NCBI GenBank assembly: GCA_965153355.1
Contig: OZ231126.1
Coordinates: 34,348,001-34,412,000, forward strand
DNA length: 64,000 bases
Origin: Flaccisagitta enflata
Lineage: Eukaryota
Direction: 5' to 3'
Below the pieces are notes generated by a model. The model saw only the letters and a program-made list of their open reading frames with translations. It had not been told where the DNA came from and ran no database searches. Both the position numbers and the translations under genes were made by a program. Below, piece after piece: positions 52,830 to 64,000 of the stretch (the stretch's first letter is position 1; each line of letters begins with the position of its first letter).

Positions 52830-54740
52830 GTGTGGGGCACGCAGGTGGCGTTGAGGAATGAATGGATTCCTGTGAAATACAAGGATTACTCGCTTGCTTT
52901 CACAGCCTAGGATGTTGACTTTCACGAAATAGAGAAAGAAATAAAAAAAAAGAAGGTGAAGGGTGGGCCTACATATATGGAAATCGGATGCCATCATTCC
53001 CCTTATTCGCAACCTGGACCCTCCCCTTTATCCCTTCCGCACCCCTTCCCACACCCCCCCTCCCTCTCCTTCCTCTCTCTTAGAAATCTTCCCTTTTCCT
53101 TTTGAAAAAGATAGAACGAGAAAAAAAGAGTGAGGACGAATAAAGAAAAGAGGGCAATGATGCGATGGAAAATGAATGGGGGAGTATGCAAGCGTTCACT
53201 ACCAGAGATTGAGGATAAGGTGTGGAAAGAAGAAGAAGAAGAAAAAGAAAAAGAAAAATAAAAAGAAAAAGAAAAAGAAAAAGAAAAAGGAAAAGGAAAA
53301 GGAAAAGAAAAAGAAAAAGAAAAAGAAAAAGAAAAAGAAAAAGAAAAAGAAGAAAAAAAAAGAAAAAGAAAAAGAAAAAGAGAAAGGAAAAGAAGAAGGA
53401 GAAGAAGAAGAAGCAGAGGAAGAACAAGAACAAGAACAAGAACAAGAACAAGGACAAGAACAAGAACAAGAAAAACAAAGACAAGAACAAAAACAAGAAC
53501 AAGAAGGAGAAGAAGAAGAAAAAGAAGAAGAAGAAGAAGAAGCAGAAGAAGAAAAAGAAAAAGAAAAAGAAAAAGAAAAAGAAAAAGAAGAAGAAGAAGA
53601 AGAAGAAGAAGAAGAAGAAGAAGAAGAAGAAGAAGAAGAAGAAGAAGAAGAAGAAGAAGAAGAAAAAGAAGAAGCGGAGGAGGAAGAAGAGGAAGAAAAA
53701 AATGATAAAAAAGAATCTATGACGAAAAACAATCAAGGCCCGACAATATCGGACTTCCTGTCGTCCATGCTTTTGACAATGCTTATCCTTTTGGAATGGT
53801 CATTTGAAAAATTTCAGTATCGTTCTAAGCAGAATTCAGAGGAATTGTCGGGCGGATCAACTCATCGCAAATACGCGACTCTGCAAGCTTCTTCGACGAT
53901 CAGTCGGTTGGTTTGTCAGCCCATCAGTAGCACTATGCTTTGTCGACCTTCATACATGAAATGGAATGAAAATGGACCATTTTGACATAACTTACCCTGC
54001 CCTTTTGTAATTGTAATACTGGCGTTTCGCAAAACTCACCCTGCCCACCTGTACACGAAAAGGTTATGACTTTTTTTCTCTATTTGATCCCTTTCGTTTT
54101 AGTTTTACTTGTTGTTCATTTTTTCACCTTCCCAGCGTTTTTCCTTCAATAAACCTGGCGGCGGTTTCATGAGTGGGCTTTTTCCGGTTTGGGCGCGAAC
54201 GAGGAATCAACGAGGAAAACCGACGCATAAATTGTGCCGGCCTTTTTTTCTTCTCCCACTTCCGCACACACGCTCCATAAAATCCAGCGCACGCACACAC
54301 ACGCACATGGGCACGCACACACACACGGACACGGATATGTTCATACAAACGCGTATACGCTCTCGTTCGGTTTACTCTTACTCTCGAAATCCCTCTGAGT
54401 GCCACCAGGTGCGCGATTGAGGACCAAAGCCCGGTCTTACGATGGCGTTCTCTTTGTCTCTTTTTTTTCTGTCCCTTTTTTTTTCTATCTCTTTTTTTTT
54501 TCTGTTTCTTTTTTTCCTTTGGTCTGTCGCGGATTTCCTCGATATCAGTCTGTCTCTGTCTATAACCTCGCACCTGTTTGACGCTGTATCAGTGCAGCTG
54601 TTCATTAATCTGCGCGCTTCTCCTACTCTCTCTCTCTCTCTCTCTCATTCCAGCGGTTTTTCCATTGTTCCCGGTTTGAAGTGCTTCCGGTCAAGTTGGC
54701 TTCGTGTATCGCAGGTTCAACGATATGCCAATTCTCTTTA

Positions 54741-55074
54741 CGTATCGCGTCACGTCAATTGGTTTTGCGTATCGCGTCACGTCAATTGGTTCTGCGTATC
54801 GCGTCACGTCGATTGGCTTTACGTATAGCGTCACGACATTTGGTTTTGCGTATCGCGACACGTCAATTGGCTTTACGTATCGCGTCTCGTCAATTGGCTT
54901 TGCGTATCGCGTCACGTCAATTGGTTTTGCGTATCGCATCACGTCAATTGGCTTTGCGTATCGCGTCACGACATTTGGTTTTGCGTATCGCGTCACGTCA
55001 ATGGGCTTTACGCATCGCGTCACGTCAATTGGTTTTGCGTATCGCGTCACGTCATTTGGCTCTTTGTATCGCGT
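54741..55074. repeat. 27-bp CpG-rich minisatellite CGTATCGCGTCACGTCAATTGGTTTTG, about 12.3 units
   Basis: Exact 27-bp period from 54741 to 55065. Confidence 0.95.
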
Positions 55075-55109
55075 TGGACCGAATGCGACCCGGAAACTGA
55101 CGTGACTCG

Positions 55110-55667
<558 letters not shown>

Positions 55668-56374
55668 GTAAGTGGAGAAAATGGAGAGAACAAAACGATC
55701 ACGCGGTGGTTTGATGACTAGGACAAAGGGCCCGCGAAGGACCCACAAAGAACCCGCAAAGGACCTACGAATGACCCACAAGGGACTCAAAAGTGTCGTA
55801 CTTCAATCTGACCCCCTACCCGCTACCGAAAAAGTCGAATCATCTATGCCTTGACGAAAAAGGGTCGTATTCGGGTTGTGATGATATCTAAGGTGAAATC
55901 GGCAGGCCTTTTCCCAGCCCCAGAAACCAGATGGGCAGGGTGTACCAAAAGGTGTGATGGTAAAGGGCATGACCGGGGCTCTATTGGACACTGGACAAGG
56001 TGTGTCCGATCTTGGGTGTGAAAGGGCTGAAAATATGTAGAGGGGGAAGGGATAAGGGACGTCTTGGGGCGTGAATCGAGAGGGTGTACCTATGGCATGT
56101 TCCTGTCTTTTCCGCCTCTCCGTTTTTCGGGACAACATCCATTCTGCTTTTGTTTACGCACTTTTCTTTTTTCCCCACTTATACTTTCTCTTTGCCTTCC
56201 TTTCTTTTTTCTTTTTTGCATTGTTTTGTTATTTTGGCTACTTTTTTTTATTATCTATTCACCGGTCGTCGACTCGAACATTAGTCGTCTGCGCCTCCTC
56301 TTCTTATCTTTTCCATTTATTCAAGATGATCCTTTCCAGGTTTGGGAGCAGCGGCAGAGAGCACGTTGTTTAGT

Positions 56375-57221
56375 AAACAAGGCCAACACCTGTAAGTCGC
56401 GTGCGAGACTTAAATAATGACTTTATAACATAACCACATAACTAAAATAACTTTCATTGAATTTCATTGACAAAAGATGACTTAAAATGATTTAAAATGA
56501 CTTAAAATGACCTAAATTGACGCAAATTGACCTAAAATGACTAAAATGACATAATGACTAAATTGACTTAAATTGACTTAAAATGACTTAAAATGACTTA
56601 AATTGACCAAGAATGACTTAAATTGAATCTAAGTGACCTAAATTGACTTAAATTGACCAAAAATCACTAAAATGATAAAAACTCAGGGGTGTATATTCTT
56701 GAGTGGCTTTTGATTTTTTCCCCCCCCCCTGCCTTTGATTTTCTTCCCTGCGACGCGTCGCGTCGCGTCGCGTCGCGTTTTTATATGCATGATTTTCTTC
56801 CCCATATAGCAATAAAACTATGTGGTTAAGGTTTAAATAGTGTTAAATTGTGTTTTACTAATTGAGTTTTATGATTTGGTACTGTAAAAAGTTATATTTT
56901 CCCCAAATTTCCTTTTTTTTTCTTTTTTCCCCTCTGATTTCCTTCCCCATCTCCAGACGGGGGGGGGGGAAACTCAAGAATATACAGGCCTGTAAAAACT
57001 ATTAAAATAACTCAAATGACGTCAATTGACTTAAACTGACCTAAAATGACCTAAAATGACTTAAAATGATCTAATTTAACTTTAAATGGACTAATTGACT
57101 TAAAGTGAGTTAGTAGGAATAAAGATAATAAAAAAAGTAAGTGTAAGTGTGAACGACCAACCGACCGACCAACCGACCGACGGACAAAGCGGGGTCTAGA
57201 GTCGCGTAGCACGCGACTAAC
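56375..57221 (-). mobile_element. HINE class A with 10-bp array, interrupted by a hAT MITE
   Basis: Termini as 2197-2615. Confidence 0.88.
56684..56992 (+). mobile_element. hAT-type MITE
   Basis: CAGGGGTGTATATTCTTGAGT...ACTCAAGAATATACAGGCCTG; perfect 8-bp TSD TAAAAACT; partial copy at 62217-62450 (-). Confidence 0.93.
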
Positions 57222-57729
57222 AAAGAGTTTCGCGATGTCATTCACTGTGTCTTACATTTTGCGTTTGTATTTCAGTTAACCGTCTCTCATAAGTCATAAT
57301 CCATGACTTGTTTAGGTGCCAACTATACCTATTTATCTACTGATATCTAGGTTAAGTTGAGCAGCGCTATAGAGCAGTCGCTATCAAGACATCACCTTCC
57401 TTGAAGCCGCTTCACACATACTTCGGTCTAGAGAGATACGCTCTAGTATAGTCAAGCTGTGCTCTCCCGCTGTTGCCCATGGCCAAGTGCTGCCGTCTGT
57501 CGACCTAACCAAAAAAAAAGACGCGATGAGGGAAAAAAATTGCGTGGTTTACAAGTCGACGGAAGGAAAAATAATGGAAACAAGGGAAATAATGGAAACA
57601 AATGTCACGCGATCAAAATCGAGACTAGACGCGGAATGAAAAAGAGATAAGGCCGGGGAGAAAAACATCTGCAAAAACCGAAAGGCCCTCTCGCGGCTGA
57701 AAAAAAAGAGACGGTAATACGTCGGAGGA

Positions 57730-57834
<105 letters not shown>

Positions 57835-57846
57835 GAGACAGAAAGA

Positions 57847-58004
<158 letters not shown>

Positions 58005-58454
58005 CACACAAACACATACACACAGCCGATGGAAAATTTGTCGCGTAAAAACTGAGACAGAACTGAATTGTGACAGAACATAAATGACCGAAAAAGAAAC
58101 GTTCTGCAAAAGGTGCCCGTAGTCGCATAAATTACCGAAAGAGAGTAGTGGGTGGGACGGACAGACCGAAAAACCGTAAGGACAGAAAATAAGTGAGATT
58201 GTTTTGGGACAGCCAAGCTGACACTGAAAAATTGGAATGTGGATGGCAGGAAAAAGAGTGAAAAACAACGATGAAACACATGCTGCCGAATCAGGCGGAA
58301 AACCGCATCAGTAGAAAAGCCAAAAAGAATGTAAAGCATAGTCGCAGTTGGCCCTGTAACTGTGAGATTCATGTGTGTCAAATACGGGTGATGACTGAAT
58401 TTGAGACCATAACGCTGACACAACTTCGGGTTGTTGATATTAAAAAGATCGCCG

Positions 58455-58763
58455 TTTTTAGATGCGACAGTCAAGAACGCATCTCTATAAGAGGGTCTGT
58501 CCGTCCGTCCGTCGGTCCGTCCGTCGGTCCGTCCGTCCGTATGTCCGTCCGTTACGCGAGTGCGAAAACCGCGGTTCTAGACTGTCGTTAGCCACGGTGA
58601 GATCCTATACTGAAACGAATTATCAACCAACATGATTTGAGAGCCTCCTTTTCTACTCAGTCGTTTCACCCGTCAGTTCGTCCATCTGTCACTCCATTTA
58701 CGTCACACGATCAATACACGCAGAGACACAGTGCGGACGCATCGTTGCCCGGTCGGGCTAGTT
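58455..58763 (+). mobile_element. HINE class B
   Basis: As 9644-9913. Confidence 0.88.
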
Positions 58764-58789
58764 CTTTTTCCAAAATTCATTCGGACACC

Positions 58790-60213
58790 GGTCTGTCGGT
58801 CGGTTGGTCGGTAACACTTTGCTTTATTTGTCGTTTTGCACTATTTTACGTCATTTTAAGTCATTTTATGTCATTTTAAGTTATTTTATGTCATTTCCAG
58901 TCATTTTTTGTCATTTTTAGTCACTTTTGGTCATCTGAGTCATTTTGTCATTTTTTGTTATTTTTGTCATTTTGAGTTATTATGAGTCCTTTTAAGTCAT
59001 TTTAAGTCATTCTAAGTCATTCTAAGTCATTATAAGTAATTTTAAGTCATTCTGAGTTATTTTTTGGTTTTTGTAGTTTTTGTCAATTTGAATCATTTTA
59101 AGTCATCTTGAGTCATTTTTAGTCATCTCAAGTCATCTTAAGTCATTTTAGGTCATTTTAAGTAATTCTTGGTCATTTTCAGCCACTTTTAGTCCTTTTT
59201 TTTAAAAGGTCTGGTTTAAGTCTGGTTTGTGTCTGGTTTAAGTTTGGTTTAAGTCTGGTTTAAGTCTGGTTTATGCCTGGTTTAGGTCTGGTTTAAGTCT
59301 GGTTTAAGTCTGGTTTAAGTCTGGTTTAAGTCTGGTTTATGTCTGGTTTAAGTTTGGTTTATGTTTTGTTAAAGTCTGGTTAAAGTCTGGTTTGAATCTG
59401 GTTTAAGTCTGGATGAAGTCTGGATTAAGTCTGGTTTAAGTCTGGTTTAAGTCTGGTTTAAGTCTGGTTTAAGTCTGGTTTAAGTCTGGTTTAAGTCTGG
59501 TTTAGGTCTGCTTCAGGTCTGGTTTAGGTCAGATTTAAGTCTGGTTTATGTCTGGTTTACATCTGGATTGATTCTGGTTTATGTCTGGTTTAGGTCTGGT
59601 TTAGGTCTGGTTTAGGTCTTGTTTAGGTCTGGTTTAAGTCTGGTTTAAGTCTGATTCAAGTCTGGTTTAAGATTGGTTTACGTCTTGTTTAAGTCTGGTT
59701 TAAGTCTGGTTTTAGTCTGGTTTTAGTTTTGTTAAGGTTTGGTTTGAGTCTTGTTTAAGTCTGGTTTATGTCTGGTTTATGTCTGGTTGAAGTCTGGTTA
59801 AGGTCTGGTTTAAGTCTGGTTGAAGTCTGGTTTAGGTCTGGTTTAGTTTTGGCTTAGGTCTGGTTTAGGTCAGATTTAGGTCTGGTTTATGTCTGGTTTA
59901 AGTCCGGATTAATTCTGGTTTAAGTCTGGTTAAATTCTGGTTTGAGTTTGGTTTAGGTCTGGTTTAGGTCTGGTTTAAGTCTTGTTTAAATCTGGTTTGA
60001 TTCTGGTTTAAGTCTGGTTTAAGTTCGGTTTAAGTTGGTTTGAGTCTGGTTTAAGTCAGGTTTAAGTTTGGGTAAGGTCTGGTTGAAGTCTTGTTGAAGT
60101 CCAGTTTAAGTCTAGTTTTAGTGTGGTTTGAGTCAATAAAGAGATTCAATAAGGAGTCAAGTCAATTCAGTTATTTTTGTTTCGCACGCGACTTATAGGT
60201 GTTGGCCTTGTTT
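58790..60213 (+). mobile_element. 5'-truncated HINE class A with a 10-bp array (about 58850-59190) and a ~920-bp 11-bp (GTCTGGTTTAA)n array (about 59208-60130)
   Basis: Ends CGCACGCGACTTATAGGTGTTGGCCTTGTT, as in 22999-23193. Confidence 0.85.
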
Positions 60214-60439
60214 TTTTCGCAATCGAAATCTAATGCAATGTCAGCACTCTCGTTCGCCAAGAAACAAATTTATTAACCCAAAAAGACTATCTTACTATTT
60301 CAGTGAAGTTGATATGATTGACCGAGACACTTTTCTGTGAAGCCTTAAAGAGGATAGCAGCATCTAAAAGTAATTGGAATACCCCACTTTACCAGGCAAC
60401 GGACGAAAAGTTAATAACGTGATTATAACATTATGCAAA

Positions 60440-60893
60440 TTAGGGGCAAAACAGGGCTTTTGGAAAAAACGGAAGATGACTGAAATTTGAAAAACGAAAA
60501 ACGGTGAAGGCATTTGAATGAACAACCCTATCATGCCCTAGCATTATACCCTCAGGGATTATTGTTTTGCATATTGACACACCCGACTGTGAGATAGAAC
60601 TTGAACTGAAGAGTCCCCATTCCTTCGACCTACTACGTCTCAAATTTCATCACACTGCGCTGACCAAAGAATGCTTTTCATACTTTTTATGCTTTTCATG
60701 TGTATATCCTCCGCATTGTGCTAAGTCAAAGAGAAAAGGTTGAACGACAGACACGTGTATTAGGTTTTACACAATCAGACGAATAGTCAGATATATGGAC
60801 AAACTATCAGTACACACTAAGATATGAAGGAAGACAGAAAATCATACTCGAGAGCGCAAACGGTGAAACGGGAAAACGGTGTCTCACGTTCAT
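60440..60893 (-). pseudogene. two-exon paralog with a premature stop and a 2-nt insertion
   Basis: MNVRHRFPVSPFALSSMIFCLPSYL (60893-60818), phase-1 intron to 60659, then TQCDEI*DVVGRRNGDSSVQVLS[ca]QSGVSICKTIIPEG; 9/30 ungapped identities to the 38.5-kb copy after removing the CA duplication. Confidence 0.55.
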
Positions 60894-62780
60894 ACACGGT
60901 AACGCTTGATCACCTTTGCACAGACGAAAGAATGGCTGTTGCCTCGCAAATTCAAAAAGATGAAAGGTGATTCCTTCCAAAATGAAAAAAAATATTCCAT
61001 CTTTCTGCTTGTGCGTTTCCGTGTTAGATTCCAAAGTGACATTTCCATATCTCGTCACTACGCGTAGAGCCTTCGCAAAACAAAAAAAAAACGAATTCTG
61101 GCTTTCTTGTTTTTTATCTGTTTTCTTTTATGTTTCTTTTTTCGGTGATGTTTTTTTTTCATCATTTTCGACTTCACGCGTACGTTCATTCAATATGTAA
61201 GAAAATGAGATTTGATCAAACAGGAATAGAAGGTGGCGTTACCATCTGCCATTGCGCATCTGCCGCCCCCTTGTGGGAGGGTTGAGTGGGATAAAGTGGC
61301 GTTAGGTGTTTTTCCCATCAGGGTGGCATTTGATGGACTGTGCTCCATCTGTGCCGACTTACACTTACCTTTCACTGTCCAGTGTCAACATCCACACTGC
61401 TAACCTCTTCTCACGAATTATGTACAATAGCGGACATAATCCAACCATTTTTCTTTTTGTTTTTGTTAAATATTGATAAAGTTCTATAAAAAGAGAGGTG
61501 ATTTCTTTGCGTTTCTCCTCAACCTAACCATTTGGATGACCTATCCCAGCCCCTGTCCACTCGAGATGGGGCGAGGCTATCATTGTCTTTTATCTCAAAG
61601 AATACAAAACCCTTCTATGAATAGGAAAGAAAATAAGACAAATGAGACACACGCTTGGAATTGTATTACGCTCGCGATTCATTATTCCGCGTCGTTGTAA
61701 AAAATGACATAAAAAAGTTATTGCACAATTGTTCATGTTGTGTAATGGGAGTCCCCGAGCTGCTGGAACAACTGTTTCCCTTCATACAGAATCAAAAAGA
61801 AGTCAACCTTAGTGCAAATGAGATGCATTAAATTTCTTTTGTTTTCCGTTGCTCTTTCTTTTTTATGCTCAGAGATGGATTATCAGGAGAGAAAACTCAG
61901 GCGTGTCGAAGAGGAAGAAGGGATTGCAGGAGGATATATCGGGATGGGATTGGATTGAAGGGGACGGTATGGAATGTGTCATGTGATGGTGTGGGATGTG
62001 ATGATGTAGGATGTGATGGTATGGGATGTGATGGTATGGGATGTGTACAGTGAGATATGCTAACGTTGGATAGGATAGCATAAGCTGAGATGGGATTAGC
62101 TAGGCAGAAATGAGCGTATAAAACGGGGAATAAAAAAGCATGAACATGCAATTTCAAAATATATGGGAGAGGATAGCACGTAAAGGGGTACGCATAAAAT
62201 CTCGTACTTGGCATCAAGGGGGGAAATTTACGGAAATAAGAACTACTTTTGGCAGTGGAAAATCATAAAATCTGATTATTACAATACAATTTAAAACTAT
62301 TAACACCCTCTGATGTACTGTGTTATTGCTTTATTGGGAAGAAAATCATAGATTTTGTATCGCGACGCGACGCGACGCGGGGAAGAAAATCAAAGGCAGG
62401 GTGGGGGGAGGGTTGGGGAACCAAAAGTGACTCAATTACATACACCCCTGATTGACTGGTCAGTGGTCAGTGGTCCCCCTCCTTTGCACTTTTAATTCAG
62501 TGAATGGTGGGTCCACTTAGGAGGAATTTCACCGTATAGAGATCGGATAAAATGGCAAGTTAATGTTGCTGAGAAATAGATAAGGATGTACTCTCCACGT
62601 AGGGGAGCATGAGTTCGAAAGAAAAGAAGCAGATGGTAACGGGGATGAAGATGTAAAGGAAATGAAGGAATCTGACACATCCTACGAAGATAAATGGAAA
62701 CGCGGAATCTGATGAAAATCGGGGAAGCAGACGACGAAAAGAGATGGAATGAAAAAGAGATTGAGAGAACGAGAGGCACA

Positions 62781-62896
<116 letters not shown>

Positions 62897-62906
62897 ATGG
62901 TGAGAG

Positions 62907-62986
<80 letters not shown>

Positions 62987-63013
62987 GGAAAGATGGAAGG
63001 AAAGAAAGAAGGA

Positions 63014-63159
<146 letters not shown>

Positions 63160-63459
63160 AAAAGAAAGAAACAAAGAAAGAAAGAAAGAAAAAAAGAAAC
63201 AAACAAACAAAAAACAAACAAACAAACAAACAAACAAACAAACAAACAAAGAAACAAAGAGGAAAAAACAAGAGGGTTTACATGAAGGTAATGAGGAGAT
63301 AAGGAAGGGAGACAGGGCAAAGAAGAATGAATTTTGAAAAAACCAAAGAGAAGGAGGATTCAAAAGGCCAGACCAGGCCCGAGATCAAGATCAATCGCAT
63401 GCGATTGGGCAGGGGCAATTTTCACTTTATTCAGTTTCAGATCAACATTCAATAAGGGC

Positions 63460-63710
63460 TATGTGACGCAGGGTCACAATATCGTTTCCAACGGTGGGGG
63501 GGGGACATGCAAGTGCCATCCTCGTGATACAACCCTCATCCATACCCAACCCCACCCCATGCTGACAAACACACACAGACAATCATAACTGCAGCATCAA
63601 AAATGCGCATTTACAAACTTTTTGACTTGATCACAACGGACCAATAGCCTGATGGACGGACGGACGGAAGGACAAGGCCTCTTATGGAGTTGCATGTCCG
63701 TAACTAAAAA
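63460..63710 (-). mobile_element. HINE class C, degenerate
   Basis: GTGACGCAGGGTCAC hairpin ... GAGTTGCATGTCCGTAACTAAAAA. Confidence 0.8.
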
Positions 63711-63785
63711 CCATACGTATTGACTACAAGGTGGAATGTGAAAGTGAAATCCCTGTCGAATTGAACAACTAACTGAACTATTTAT

Positions 63786-63825
<40 letters not shown>

Positions 63826-63829
<4 letters not shown>

Positions 63830-64000
63830 GTGAACGTAGGCGTTGTAACATTTCCGTAGTTTGCATGGTACTCATACTGGTAGTTCATTTTCCGTGAACA
63901 AATATTTTTCGATGGTGTCGACATCGAGGCCGCACGAGGTCGTTCTTGTTTGTTATTCAAGACAAACGTGAATAGAAGTACAAAACGAATGGAAAAAGCT
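63826..64000 (-). pseudogene. candidate C-terminal half of another paralog, running off the window
   Basis: FVLLFTFVLNNKQERPRAASMSTPSKNI...EYHANYGNV/fs/NAY vs MVLMVLISADKPKLNYYSISKASNDL...DYLKNIAKVINDY; AATAAA (-) at 63781-63786. Confidence 0.4.

Noticed and set aside
54741-55074. CRISPR-like regular repeats (also 11597-11750 and 35416-35652)
   Set aside because: Head-to-tail units with no unique spacers, no cas genes, and a eukaryotic context.
59208-60130. Interstitial telomeric repeat
   Set aside because: The unit is an 11-mer, not TTAGG or TTAGGG, and it is enclosed by HINE sequence.

Overview
Repeat-saturated, AT-rich eukaryotic DNA, most likely an invertebrate animal. No bacterial-type genes, rRNA, tRNA or CRISPR were seen, and almost all long ORFs in the supplied track are microsatellite translations. 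The window is dominated by three things: (i) about 35 non-autonomous Helentron/DINE-1-like elements (HINEs) of at least five terminal-repeat classes; (ii) about 12 MITEs, several with readable TIRs and TSDs (hAT-, Tc1/mariner-, Transib- and Mutator-type), often nested 2-3 levels deep; (iii) micro- and minisatellites. The main result lies in the unique islands between repeats. One apparently intact two-exon gene (minus strand, 30259-30208 joined to 30001-29676) encodes a 125-aa protein with a signal peptide, an acidic propeptide, a KR site and a 78-aa Cys-free mature domain that I do not recognise. Several co-oriented, decayed paralog candidates accompany it (26.5, 38.5, 60.4 and 63.8 kb; weaker at 21.5 and 58.3 kb), suggesting a birth-and-death cluster of an unidentified secreted-peptide family. 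Two further spliced pseudogene remnants lie on the plus strand (28.4-29.4 kb and 55.1-55.7 kb). All alignments were made by eye; no database search was run.
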